A stretch of 64,000 bases of DNA, from the NCBI GenBank assembly GCA_040220855.1, contig JAVJVZ010000077.1, positions 766 to 64,765 of the forward strand. The letters run 5' to 3'. Each line of letters begins with the position of its first letter. The first letter of the stretch is position 1. The stretch comes from Gammaproteobacteria bacterium (GTDB taxonomy: Bacteria; Pseudomonadota; Gammaproteobacteria; Ga0077536). A program made the position numbers and the translations under genes. A model generated the notes under the pieces. The model did not search any database. It saw only the letters and a program-made list of their open reading frames with translations, and was not told the origin of the DNA. Below, in pieces: positions 25,663-35,591 of the stretch.

Positions 25663-26178
25663 GCCCACCTCACCAGTCGCGTCGAATACGGCATCCACTG
25701 TCTTCTCTGGCTGGTGCATGCCGGCGAGCAGCAACCGAGCAGTCGCGATCTCGCGGCCCTGCAGGGCGTCTCTCCGAGCTTCGTGGCGAAGATCTTCCCC
25801 CGCCTCGAGAAGGCCGGCATCGTGACGGCGAGCGCTGGCATACGGGGTGGCTACCGCCTGGCACGTTCACCCGAGGACATCACCATTCTCGCCATCGTCG
25901 ATGCCATCGAAGGTGACAAGCCGCTATTCGATTGCCAGGAGATCCGCGGCCGCTGCGCCCTGTTCGTCGCCAAGCCGCCGCGCTGGGCGACTGACGGCGT
26001 GTGCGCCATCCATGCCGTGATGCTGCGCGCCGAGCGTGCCATGCGCGACGCGCTCGCCGCCGAAACGCTCGCCGATGTTGCGCGCGCGCTCGAACGCAAG
26101 GCGCCGGACGAGTTCGGCAGCGAGGTAACGTCGTGGCTGCGCGAGCGCAGCACCGCGCGGCACCGCGGTGAAGGCTGA
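25660..26178 (+). CDS. Rrf2-family transcriptional regulator (IscR/NsrR-like)
   Basis: MAHLTSRVEYGIHCLLWLVHAGEQQPSSRDLAALQGVSPSFVAKIFPRLEKAGIVTASAGIRGGYRLAR is the Rrf2 wHTH. Downstream Cys residues are present (C-x6-C ... C). Confidence 0.85.
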   Translation: MAHLTSRVEYGIHCLLWLVHAGEQQPSSRDLAALQGVSPSFVAKIFPRLEKAGIVTASAGIRGGYRLARSPEDITILAIVDAIEGDKPLFDCQEIRGRCALFVAKPPRWATDGVCAIHAVMLRAERAMRDALAAETLADVARALERKAPDEFGSEVTSWLRERSTARHRGEG

Positions 26179-26216
26179 GCGGCCGGCGACGAACCACGAA
26201 CCTTCCCCCGCCCAGG

Positions 26217-27443
26217 ATGATGCCCATGACCCATGCTACCTATGACCTTCTCATCGCCGGTTCCGGCTTCGCCGGGACCTGGGCCGCGCTCGCCGCTGCG
26301 CGAGCGCGCGCCGCGGCCGGGCGTGAGCGCGACCTCGCAATCACCATGGTCTCGCCGGCGCCGTGCCTGCCCATCCGCCCGCGCTTCTACGAGACCGCGT
26401 TCGAGGAGATGGCACCGGATATTACCCCGCTGCTCGCCGCGGTCGGCGTCGACCACCGCGCGGCGTCGATCGAGCGCGTCGATACGGCAGCGCAGACCGT
26501 CGACCTCGTCGACTCCGGCGGGACGCACGCCACGCTCGGCTACGGACGGCTCGTGCTCGCGACCGGCAGCACGGTGTCGCGCCCGGCCCTGCCGGGCCTC
26601 GCGACGTATGCCTTCGACGTCGACCAGCTCGAATCCGCGCGCGCGCTCGACCGCCACCTGCGTGCGCTCGCACAAGCGCCCACGACGCCGGCACGCGACA
26701 CGGTGGTCGTCGTCGGCGGTGGTTTCACCGGCATCGAGACCGCGGCCGAACTGCCGGGACGCCTGCGCAGCTATCTCGGCGAGGATGTCGCCGTGCGCGT
26801 GGTGGTCGTCGAACAGGCGGCGGCGATCGGCCCCGATCTCGGTCCCGGGCCGCGCCCGGTGATCGAATCCGCGCTCGCGGCGAGCGGGGTCGAGTTACGC
26901 ACCGGTGCGGCCGTCACGGCGCTCGATGCCGACGGCGTCATGCTCGCCGATGGCAGCCGCATCGCTGCCGCCACCGTGGTGTGGACGACCGGCGCCCGCG
27001 CCAGCGCGCTCGCCGCCGGGATCCCGGGCGAGCACGATGCATGGGGTCGCGTGGTGGTCGACCGCAACCTGCGCGCACCGCTGTGTCCGCAGGTGTTCCT
27101 CGCCGGCGACACCGCCCACGCCGCTACCGACGACGCCGGCAACGTCGCGCTGATGTCCTGCCAGCATGCCCTCAGCCTCGGCCGTGTAGCCGGCTACAAC
27201 GCCGCCGCCGACCTGCTCGGCCTGCCGCTGCATCCCTACAGCCAGGCGAAGTACGTGACCTGCCTCGATCTCGGCCCGTGGGGTGCCGTCTACACGGAAG
27301 GCTGGCAGCGCGAGGTGGTGATGGCCGGCGCCGAAGCCAAGGCACTCAAGCGCTCGATCAACACCGAGTGGATCTATCCGCCGCCGGCGGATCGCGAGGC
27401 CGCCTTCGCGCTCGCCGCGCCCGATCACGTCATCGTGCCGTGA
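26217..27443 (+). CDS. FAD/NAD(P)-binding pyridine nucleotide-disulfide oxidoreductase (NDH-2-like)
   Basis: YDLLIAGSGFAGTWAAL...VVVVGGGFTGIETAAEL...FLAGDTAHA. These are two Rossmann GxGxxG motifs and a distal FAD motif. Confidence 0.75.
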   Translation: MMPMTHATYDLLIAGSGFAGTWAALAAARARAAAGRERDLAITMVSPAPCLPIRPRFYETAFEEMAPDITPLLAAVGVDHRAASIERVDTAAQTVDLVDSGGTHATLGYGRLVLATGSTVSRPALPGLATYAFDVDQLESARALDRHLRALAQAPTTPARDTVVVVGGGFTGIETAAELPGRLRSYLGEDVAVRVVVVEQAAAIGPDLGPGPRPVIESALAASGVELRTGAAVTALDADGVMLADGSRIAAATVVWTTGARASALAAGIPGEHDAWGRVVVDRNLRAPLCPQVFLAGDTAHAATDDAGNVALMSCQHALSLGRVAGYNAAADLLGLPLHPYSQAKYVTCLDLGPWGAVYTEGWQREVVMAGAEAKALKRSINTEWIYPPPADREAAFALAAPDHVIVP

Positions 27444-27651
27444 AGCGGCCCGCGCCGTCTGCCACGACGGCAAAGAAGTGGGCGCGGGATGATGAACACC
27501 AGAGCCCGCGCCCGAGGGGAGGAGAGAAGAGACGGGGGTGAAGGGCCCGGTCGGCCCGCTGGCCACAACAGGCTTCCCGTGAAGCAATGCCCTTCAACCC
27601 CGTGTGGGGTATCCCGGGCGGCTCGCGCGAGACGGCCCGGGTGCGTTCGGG

Positions 27652-29673
27652 TCAGAAGAAGTAGGTCACGCGCATGAAGATCTCGTCGGCAAAGTCGAGC
27701 GTCTCGAGCGCATCGTCGTTCTCGTCGCCACCGCCCTCGATGACGTTGGCATAGAGATCCCACTGCCAGTTCGCCGACGGCCGGTAGCGCACACCGGGCT
27801 GCACCAGCACACCGCCCTGGACGTCGACGAGCACGGCGAGGTCGGCGCGCCAGACGAGGTCGGGGAAAGGTTGCTGGATGGCGAAGGCGACGTAGTTGGC
27901 ACTGCCCTGCCCGGTCGGCTGCCCGGAACCCGCGACCTGTGCGGCAGCATTGAGCGCACCGGTATCCGGGTCGAGATAGGGCCAGAAGCCCCGGTTCTCG
28001 TTGCCGCTGAGATGCCGGCCGAAGAGATCGGACTCGGTGCGGTGCATCCACTGCGCGACGAGGTAGGCGGCGGGGAGGTCGATGGAGAAACGCTGGTACT
28101 TCTCCACGATCAGCGCCGAGACCACGTCGGTGGCCTCGATGAAGTCACGGCTGAGGCCGAGGTTGGTGAACTGCTTGTCCGGTGTCACCGCCACCTCGCC
28201 GCGCACGATGAGCTGGTCGAGGAAGGAATCCGGCTCGGCGGTGAAGATGTAGTTGCCGCCGAGTGAAATCACGTGCTCGCGCTTGAACTCGCGCGTGATG
28301 TAGCCGCGCAGCCCGCCGAAGCCGGTGTAGAACGCATCGAGCGTGGAGATGGCGTCGAGCGCGGAGACCTCGTTGCCGAGGCCGAGAATGGTGCGCGCGG
28401 CGAAGGCGGATGCCGGCGCCTCGTTGATCGACACCGCGGTGCCGGTGACCGGGTTGAGCCGCGTACGGCCGGCCATGTGGAACCATTCGAAGGCCGACGA
28501 GGTCGCGGTCGCGTCCGGCGCGAAGAACGCGCCGCAGCCGCCACCCACCGAACCCTGCGTGGGTGCGCCCGGCAGCGCCGCGAAGGGGTTGTTGGACGCG
28601 CCGGCACAGAACGGGTTCTCACGGCCGAAGGCACTCGGCAGGTTGGTGTAGCGTGGTGCGTCTTCCCAGCGCACCACGCCATCGGGATTGCGGCGGTTGA
28701 CGTAGGCGGCGAGCAGGGTGAAGGAATCGGTCAGCGGCGCGGTGATGCGCGCGCCGAAATTGAGCGCACCCTCGGCATCCTCGAACTCGTCGCCTTCGCG
28801 CCATGAGAACGCCGACGGCACCACGTTGTAGGGCGTGTTGGTGCGTGCGAGCACGGTCGGTGTGAACATCTGTACGAAGGCATCGACTTCCCACTGGTTG
28901 TCGAAGGTGTAGCTGACGCGCAGTGCGGGCGACGCGATGCGCTGGTCCTGGAACTCCTCCGCCGCCGGCGTCAGGGTGAGATGGCGGCGCAGGTCGAGGC
29001 CGTTGGCGACGTCCATTACGCGGAAAAACAGCGCTTCGCCCCACGCGATCTGCTGCTGGCCGGCGCGGATCCACAGCGGGCCGTCGTTGTAGTCGACGTA
29101 GAAGGCGGGCAGGTCGGCCATCATGCTCGCGCCGTTGATCTCGAGCGGGTTGGCGCTGCGGTGATGCCAATAGGGCTTGCCGAAGATGTCGCCGGTGCGA
29201 CCGTCGCTGAGTTTCGGCACCGCGTCATAGACGGCGCGCAGCTTCATCGTCGCCGCCCAGTTGGTATTGATCCGGGCCTGCACGTCGAGGTCGAGGCGCG
29301 TGCTGAAAAGGTTGAAGTTGTAGCTGTCGTCGAGGCCCGCGCCGACGGCGTTGGCGTTGAATGGCGCCGGGCAGCCGGCCACGGTCTGGAATTTGCAGTT
29401 GGCCGCGAGCGGCGCGGTATTGGCGTCCGCACGCAGGCCGTCGCTGCGCAGCAGCGCACCATTCAACGGGTTGTTGGTGAGCACCGGTACCGAACGGTCG
29501 TTGAACGGGTTGCCGTTCTGGTTGAACTCGTTCTCGCCACTGGCAATGCCGACACCGATCTCCTGGCGCACCGAGCCGGTCACGTTCCAGTCGACCGCGC
29601 TGGCGGCGGCAGGCAGCAGCGCGGCGGCGCACACGGTGGTCGCGAAAAGCGGTAGCCGGGCGGTTGCGGTCAT
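27652..29673 (-). CDS. DUF1302-family outer-membrane beta-barrel protein
   Basis: Signal peptide MTATARLPLFATTVCAAALLPAAASA. The protein is 673 aa and rich in Gly/Asn/aromatic beta-strand content. It ends ...RVTYFF with a terminal aromatic residue typical of OMPs. Confidence 0.65.
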   Translation of the reverse strand: MTATARLPLFATTVCAAALLPAAASAVDWNVTGSVRQEIGVGIASGENEFNQNGNPFNDRSVPVLTNNPLNGALLRSDGLRADANTAPLAANCKFQTVAGCPAPFNANAVGAGLDDSYNFNLFSTRLDLDVQARINTNWAATMKLRAVYDAVPKLSDGRTGDIFGKPYWHHRSANPLEINGASMMADLPAFYVDYNDGPLWIRAGQQQIAWGEALFFRVMDVANGLDLRRHLTLTPAAEEFQDQRIASPALRVSYTFDNQWEVDAFVQMFTPTVLARTNTPYNVVPSAFSWREGDEFEDAEGALNFGARITAPLTDSFTLLAAYVNRRNPDGVVRWEDAPRYTNLPSAFGRENPFCAGASNNPFAALPGAPTQGSVGGGCGAFFAPDATATSSAFEWFHMAGRTRLNPVTGTAVSINEAPASAFAARTILGLGNEVSALDAISTLDAFYTGFGGLRGYITREFKREHVISLGGNYIFTAEPDSFLDQLIVRGEVAVTPDKQFTNLGLSRDFIEATDVVSALIVEKYQRFSIDLPAAYLVAQWMHRTESDLFGRHLSGNENRGFWPYLDPDTGALNAAAQVAGSGQPTGQGSANYVAFAIQQPFPDLVWRADLAVLVDVQGGVLVQPGVRYRPSANWQWDLYANVIEGGGDENDDALETLDFADEIFMRVTYFF

Positions 29674-29740
29674 CGTCGGGTTCTCCTCGTGCGGGTCACG
29701 CCGGGCGCCGTGCGAAAGCGCCGCGGAGTCGGGGACAAAA

Positions 29741-29760
29741 TAGAATGAACGATCATTCTA
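29741..29760. promoter_or_regulatory. Palindromic operator TAGAATGA-acga-TCATTCTA between the DUF1302 gene and the divergent tetR gene
   Basis: Read directly from the sequence: 8-bp perfect arms with a 4-bp spacer, in the 235-bp divergent intergenic region. Confidence 0.6.
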
Positions 29761-29907
29761 GAAAACGGCGCGCACTCTAGGGCCCGGTTGACAGTCCGTC
29801 AAGCTTCACTCGAACATGCAGCCGGGAGACGTGTGTCAGAGGGGGACACCCGGCTCCGGCGGTGGCGCCCGCGCGTTGCCGGCGTCACCACGGGGGAGAC
29901 AACCACA

Positions 29908-30504
29908 ATGGACGACGAACCGCGCTCGCCGCGCGCGCGCCAGCGCCGCGAGCAGATTCTCGATGCTGCCTCGGCATGCTTCGCTCGCTACGGTTTCCAT
30001 GGTGCGAGCATCGCGCAGATCTCGAAACAGGCCGGCATGAGCCCGGGCCACATCTACCATTTCTTCGACAACAAGGAAGCCATCGTCGCCGGTATCGTCG
30101 AGCGCATGGCGGCGCGCTGGCTCGAGCTCCTCGAGCCCTACCCGACCGACGTCGACGTGGTCGCGACCGTCGTCGAACGTGCTACCCACGCGCTCGCCGA
30201 GCGCACCCGCCCGGATTTCATCGGCCTGTGGCTGGAAGTGCTGGCGGAGACCGCACGCAATGCCACGGTGGCGCAGTCGGTCGGTGCGGTCGACGAACGT
30301 ATCCGTGCCGCCGTCACCGACCAGGTGCGCTACATCCGCGAGATGCGCGGCGTGCGGACCGACACGCCGCTCGACGCCATCGTCGAAGTCGTCCTCGCGC
30401 TCTACGAGGGTCTCAGCAATCGCGCCGCGATCAACGCCATGTTCGACCGCGAGGGCGTCCGCGACGTCCTGCTGCGTACCACCTACGCCGCGCTGGAGGC
30501 CTGA
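29908..30504 (+). CDS. TetR/AcrR-family transcriptional regulator
   Basis: RBS GGAGA precedes the start. MDDEPRSPRARQRREQILDAASACFARYGFHGASIAQISKQAGMSPGHIYHFFDNKEAIV is the TetR HTH. Confidence 0.85.
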   Translation: MDDEPRSPRARQRREQILDAASACFARYGFHGASIAQISKQAGMSPGHIYHFFDNKEAIVAGIVERMAARWLELLEPYPTDVDVVATVVERATHALAERTRPDFIGLWLEVLAETARNATVAQSVGAVDERIRAAVTDQVRYIREMRGVRTDTPLDAIVEVVLALYEGLSNRAAINAMFDREGVRDVLLRTTYAALEA

Positions 30505-30634
30505 GCGACGCATCGCGGGCCAGCGCAGCCGCGCCGGGCCGGGTTCACGCCACACGGCGACGTTCGTGGCGTCGTCGCCACGGGCCTAGAGCAGTGCCAC
30601 GAGCGCGTGCTCGATGCGCGCGCTGCGGACACTT

Positions 30635-31087
30635 TCAGGCCAGCGCCGCGAGCAGGAGGCACATGGTGACGACGGTGGTCAGCGGCCAGCGCAGACGCTG
30701 ATACCAGGCCGGAGCCTGCCCGCGCGCGTGTAGCAGGAGGTCCGCGCCCAGTACCGCCAGGAAGGCGCAGGCGAGGAGCAGGTAGGCAGCTGTTGCTGGC
30801 AGCAGCAAGGCCGGCCAGGCGAGCAATGCGGGCACCACGGCAGCCCCGAGCCGCCCCCAACCGGCAACGGCGCCACCCGCGATGGCCAGGCCCCATTGAA
30901 TGCCACCGAGAAAGGACAGGATGACGGCGCCGTAGGCGACGAGGGCGCGCGCGGCCGTGGCAGAGGGCACCAAGCCACCGGTAGCGAGCGCGGCGGCGAG
31001 GACGCCGAACGGCAGCAGGCCGGCAGCGCCGAGCGCGGCGGCGGCACGCGGTACTTGCGCAACGGGGAAGTCGTTCGACACGCCCAT
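30635..31087 (-). CDS. DUF3429-like small integral membrane protein
   Basis: 150 aa and 4 TM. ...LPFGVLAAAL...YGAVILSFLGGIQWGLAI. Confidence 0.5.
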   Translation of the reverse strand: MGVSNDFPVAQVPRAAAALGAAGLLPFGVLAAALATGGLVPSATAARALVAYGAVILSFLGGIQWGLAIAGGAVAGWGRLGAAVVPALLAWPALLLPATAAYLLLACAFLAVLGADLLLHARGQAPAWYQRLRWPLTTVVTMCLLLAALA

Positions 31088-31401
31088 GCGCGCGTTACGC
31101 AGGCCGTGGCCAATTGGATCGCATCCAGGCCCCGCCAGGCTGATGGCAAGCCGCCCGAAATCTCTGGGATTTTCGCGCTTTTCGCCGATCTTAACTGCTT
31201 TTCTTCAACATCTAGGCGCTTTTGACGCACTTCAACCAAAGCAATTCTGCGCCTCAAGGTCCCGGAATTGATACCGATACATACGCTGCATTCGTTATTT
31301 TCGATTTCGTTCCTGGACACCTGACCCCATGCTGTCCGGACTGGGACGCAGCGGGCCGCCACCTCATCGCCGGGTGGCGCGAGCCGCGTCGCGGAGACCA
31401 T

Positions 31402-32664
31402 ATGACTGAGCCAAGCACGTCCGCTGCGGCGGACATCCCCACGTCGGAGCCGGCGCTCGCCGCTGCCGGCGGACCTGCCCCGGACCATTGGGTCCGGGGC
31501 CTGCCGGTGCTCCCCGGCGTGCTCGCCGGGCCCGGCGCACTGCTCGCCGGCGCGAGTCTCGACCATGCGTTCACGCTCGCCATCCTGCTCGGTGCCACCG
31601 GCATGGCCGTCGGCTACTGGCTGGCTGCCCGCCAGCGCGCGTTGGTCAGCCGCGAGCGCGAGGCCCTGCTCGAGGAGGTCGCCGCCAGGCGCCGCGGCGA
31701 GCTCGGCTGGCACCTGTCGAGCATCACCAGCATCGGCGAGCAGGTACTCCCGGTATGGGGCCGTCACATCGAGTACGCACGCGACGAGCTCGAGAGCAAC
31801 GTCACGTCGCTGGCCGAGCGTTTCCAGGGCATCGTCGATCACCTGCGCGAGATCGTGCAGGTCTCGACGCAGGCCGTCGACCAGCCCGGCAGCCACGGCC
31901 AGAGCCTAGTCGCGACCTTCGAGCAGGGTCGGCGCGATCTCGGTGACGTGGTCGGCGAGCTGCGCGCCGCGCAGGCAGCCAAGCAGGCCATGCTGGAAGA
32001 GGTGCGCCTGCTGGTTGGTGAGATCAGCGAGCTGAGCAAGCTTGCCGAGGACGTCGCCGCGATTGCCGACCAGACCAACCTGCTGGCGCTTAACGCAGCC
32101 ATCGAGGCGGCCCGCGCCGGGCGCCTCGGCGCCGGCTTCGCCGTCGTCGCCGAGGAGGTGCGCGACCTCTCGCAGCGTTCGGGCACCACGGCGCGCCTCA
32201 TCTCGCGCAACGTCGAGACGGTCAACCGCGCGATCCTCGATCTCTCGGCGGCGGCCGACCGCAACACCGACCAGGACGAGCACGCCGTGCACAGCGCCGA
32301 GGGCGCCATCGCGCGCTTCGTCGGCGCACTCGAGTCGAGTACAGAGACGCTGGTCGCCGGTGCCGACCACGCCCGCCATACCAGTGACCGCGTGCGCGGC
32401 GAGATCGAGAGCGCCCTGGTGCACCTGCAGTTCCAGGACCGTGTCTCGCAGGTACTCGCCACCGTGCGCGGCTCGATCGATGCACTGCCGGCCTACTTTG
32501 AACGCAGCGCCGAACATTTCTGGCACGACGGCCGACTCGAGCGCATCGACTGCCAGGGCCTGCTCGAGGAGCTCGAGCGCACCTACGTGATGGCCGAGCA
32601 GTCCGAGCGCCACCACGACTGCTCACCGAGCGCCGCCTCCAACGACGACATCACCTTCTTCTAG
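31402..32664 (+). CDS. Methyl-accepting chemotaxis protein (short sensor)
   Basis: Start [13 protein letters not shown]. The conserved signalling hairpin reads ...[40 protein letters not shown]. About 420 aa. Confidence 0.85.
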   Translation: MTEPSTSAAADIPTSEPALAAAGGPAPDHWVRGLPVLPGVLAGPGALLAGASLDHAFTLAILLGATGMAVGYWLAARQRALVSREREALLEEVAARRRGELGWHLSSITSIGEQVLPVWGRHIEYARDELESNVTSLAERFQGIVDHLREIVQVSTQAVDQPGSHGQSLVATFEQGRRDLGDVVGELRAAQAAKQAMLEEVRLLVGEISELSKLAEDVAAIADQTNLLALNAAIEAARAGRLGAGFAVVAEEVRDLSQRSGTTARLISRNVETVNRAILDLSAAADRNTDQDEHAVHSAEGAIARFVGALESSTETLVAGADHARHTSDRVRGEIESALVHLQFQDRVSQVLATVRGSIDALPAYFERSAEHFWHDGRLERIDCQGLLEELERTYVMAEQSERHHDCSPSAASNDDITFF

Positions 32665-32672
32665 GAGCCATC

Positions 32673-33041
32673 ATGTCCAAGACCATCATGATCATCGACG
32701 ACTCCGCCTCGCTGCGGCAGGTCGTCGCCATCGCCCTCAAGGATGCGGGTTACGAGGTGATCGAAGCCGCCGACGGCCAGCAGGCGCTCGAGCGTATCAG
32801 CGGGCGCAAGGTCCATCTCGTCATCTGTGACGTCAACATGCCGGTGATGGACGGCATCACCTTCGTGCGCGAGGTCAAGCAGCGACCCGAGCACCGCTTC
32901 CTGCCGATCATCATGCTGACCACCGAGTCGGCCGAGGCCAAGAAGCAGGCCGGCCAGGCGGCCGGTGCCAAGGCGTGGGTGGTCAAGCCGTTCAAGCCGG
33001 CGCAGATGCTCGACGCCGTCGCCAAGCTGTGCCTGCCCTGA
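32673..33041 (+). CDS. cheY: CheY-like single-domain response regulator
   Basis: MSKTIMIIDDSASLRQVVAIALKDAGYEVIEAADGQQALE...LVICDVNMPVMDG...AWVVKPF. 122 aa. Confidence 0.9.
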   Translation: MSKTIMIIDDSASLRQVVAIALKDAGYEVIEAADGQQALERISGRKVHLVICDVNMPVMDGITFVREVKQRPEHRFLPIIMLTTESAEAKKQAGQAAGAKAWVVKPFKPAQMLDAVAKLCLP

Positions 33042-33060
33042 GCTGCCGCGGGAGCTATCC

Positions 33061-33363
33061 ATGAACATCACCGTCACGCCGATCGCAGGCGGCTTCGCGC
33101 TCGCCGGCGAGCTGACCATCTACACCGCCGACCCACTCAAGGAGACGCTCCTCGCGCGTGTCACGCCTGACCAGGCGCTGACGCTCGATCTTGCCGCGGT
33201 CGACGAGCTCGATACCGCCGGCGTGCAGATCCTGCTCCTCGCGCGGCGTGTCGCCGGTGCCCTCGGCATCAGCGCGGCGGCTCCCGCCGTGCGCGAGGTC
33301 CTCGTGCGCCTCGGGCTCGATGCGCTGCTCGCCACCGACGACGTCACGGGGGATGACGCATGA
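33061..33363 (+). CDS. STAS-domain protein (anti-sigma-factor-antagonist fold) embedded in the che operon
   Basis: MNITVTPIAGGFALAGELTIYTADPLKETLL...LTLDLAAVDELDTAGVQILLLARR.... 100 aa. Its stop overlaps the cheA start. Confidence 0.65.
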   Translation: MNITVTPIAGGFALAGELTIYTADPLKETLLARVTPDQALTLDLAAVDELDTAGVQILLLARRVAGALGISAAAPAVREVLVRLGLDALLATDDVTGDDA

Positions 33364-35534
33364 ACCTCGAACCCGCACTGCAGATGTTCGTCGCCGAGAG
33401 CCGCGAGCTGCTCGAGCAGATGGAACAGGCGCTGCTCGCCGTGGACGCCGGTGCGCGCGATGCCGACACCGTCAACGCGCTGTTCCGTGCCGCCCATACC
33501 ATCAAGGGCTCGGCCGGCGTGTTCGGCCTCGACGACGTGGTCGACTTCACCCACGTGGTCGAAAACGTCCTCGATCGCCTGCGTGACGGTCTCATCGAGC
33601 CGGACGGCGAGCTCGTCACGACCCTGCTCGCCGCGGCCGATCACATCGGTGCGCTGGTTGCTCATACCACCGCCGGCGACGCGCCGCTGCCGGCTGCCCT
33701 GGCAAGCCACGGGCAAGACCTGCTCGCTGCGCTGGCGGCCGAAGACGCTCCCGCGCCGCTCGCGCCGGCCGTCGCCAGCGCTGTCCAGGACCGCGCCGCG
33801 CCTCCCGCGGCAGCCGCGGATGCCGTGGCCAACCGCCATTGGCACGTCTCGGTGCGTTTCGGCGCCGACGTGCTGCGCAACGGCATGGACCCGCTGTCGT
33901 TCATCCGGTACCTCGAACGCATCGGCGAGGTGGTGTCGGTGCGCGTGATCGAACAAGGCCTGCCGCCGCTCACAGAATTCGAACCGGAGAGCTGTTATCT
34001 CGGCTTCGAGATCGCCGTCGGCGGCACCGTCGACAAGAGCACGCTGAGCGAGGCCTTCGCCTTCGTGCGCGACGACTGCGAGCTGACCATTCTGCCGCCG
34101 GAGAGCGCACTCGCCGATTACGTCGAGCTGATGTCGCAGCGTCCGGAGACACCGCACCTGCTGGGCGAGATCCTGGTCGGCTGCGGCGCGCTGACGCCGG
34201 CGGAACTGGCGCGCGCGCTGGCCGCGCAGCTTACCGAGCCGGCCGCCCTCGAGCGTCCGCTCGGTGACATCCTCGTCGCGCAAGGCGCAGTGCCCCCGGA
34301 AACCGTCGCAGCCGCGCTCGAGACCCAGGCCAATGCGCGCGAGGCTCGCGGCGACACGCGCTTCGTACGCGTCGATGCCGCCAAGCTCGACCAGCTGATC
34401 AACCTGGTCGGCGAGGTGGTCATCGCCGGCGCCAACACCAACCTGCTCGCACGCCGCGCGGGCTTGCCGGACCTCATCGCCTCGAGCGCGCACCTCACGC
34501 GCCTCGTCGACGAAGTTCGCGACAACGCGCTCGGCCTGCGCATGGTGCCGATCGGCGGCACCTTCAACCGCTTCCACCGCGTCGTACGCGACGTCAGCCG
34601 CGAACTCGGCAAGGAGATCGACCTCGTCCTGCGCGGCGGTGACACCGAGCTCGACAAGACCATGGTCGAGCGTCTCGGCGATCCGCTCATGCATCTCGTG
34701 CGCAACGCCATCGATCACGGCATCGAGTCGGCCGACGAGCGCCGTGCGCGCGGCAAGCCGGCGCGCGGCCGCGTCGACCTCAGCGCGCGTCACGAGTCCG
34801 GCAGCATCGTCATCGAAGTGAGCGACGACGGCGGCGGCCTCGACCGCGAGCGCGTGCTCGACAAGGCGATCGAACGCGGCCTCGTCAGTGCCGGCCAGGT
34901 GCTCAGCGACCACGAAGTCTGGCAGCTCGTCTTCGAACCCGGCTTCTCGACCGCGAGCGCGGTGACGAGCGTCTCCGGGCGCGGCGTCGGCATGGACGTG
35001 GTCAAGAGCAACGTCACCGCCATGCGCGGCAACATCGACATCGACACCGAGCCCGGGCTCGGCACGACCGTGCGCATCCACCTGCCGCTGACCCTCGCCA
35101 TCATCGACGGCTTCCTGGTCAAGGCCGGGCCGACACCCTGCGTGATCCCGCTCGACATGGTGCGCGAATGCGTCGAGCTCGGCGCCGACGAGCGTGCCGC
35201 GTTGCGCGAGTCCGGCTACGTGAACCTGCGTGGCGAGGTGCTGCCCCTGCTGCGTCTGCGCGACCAGTTCGGCGCCGACGACAGCGGCGACCACCGCGAA
35301 ACGGTGGTCGTGGTGCGCGCCGCCGGGCGCGACGCGGGTCTCGTCGTCGACGAACTGCTCGGCGAATCACAGACCGTGATCAAACCGCTCGGGCGCCTCT
35401 TCCGGCACCTCGACGGCATCAGTGGCTCGACCATCCTCGGCAGCGGCGATGTCGCACTGATCCTCGATGTGCCAGGGCTGATCCAGCGCGTCACGGACGC
35501 CATGCCGCGAGCCGGCACGGCCGCGCTGCACTGA
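33360..35534 (+). CDS. cheA: Chemotaxis histidine kinase CheA
   Basis: HPt motif ...LFRAAHTIKGSAGVFGL..., HATPase motifs ...HLVRNAIDHGIE... and ...GRGVGMDVVK..., and a C-terminal CheW-like domain. 724 aa. Confidence 0.93.
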   Translation: MNLEPALQMFVAESRELLEQMEQALLAVDAGARDADTVNALFRAAHTIKGSAGVFGLDDVVDFTHVVENVLDRLRDGLIEPDGELVTTLLAAADHIGALVAHTTAGDAPLPAALASHGQDLLAALAAEDAPAPLAPAVASAVQDRAAPPAAAADAVANRHWHVSVRFGADVLRNGMDPLSFIRYLERIGEVVSVRVIEQGLPPLTEFEPESCYLGFEIAVGGTVDKSTLSEAFAFVRDDCELTILPPESALADYVELMSQRPETPHLLGEILVGCGALTPAELARALAAQLTEPAALERPLGDILVAQGAVPPETVAAALETQANAREARGDTRFVRVDAAKLDQLINLVGEVVIAGANTNLLARRAGLPDLIASSAHLTRLVDEVRDNALGLRMVPIGGTFNRFHRVVRDVSRELGKEIDLVLRGGDTELDKTMVERLGDPLMHLVRNAIDHGIESADERRARGKPARGRVDLSARHESGSIVIEVSDDGGGLDRERVLDKAIERGLVSAGQVLSDHEVWQLVFEPGFSTASAVTSVSGRGVGMDVVKSNVTAMRGNIDIDTEPGLGTTVRIHLPLTLAIIDGFLVKAGPTPCVIPLDMVRECVELGADERAALRESGYVNLRGEVLPLLRLRDQFGADDSGDHRETVVVVRAAGRDAGLVVDELLGESQTVIKPLGRLFRHLDGISGSTILGSGDVALILDVPGLIQRVTDAMPRAGTAALH

Positions 35535-35591
35535 TTCGAACGTTCCCCGTTTCTTCTTTCCCCACACCCGACCGATTGGAGTGATTTGACA

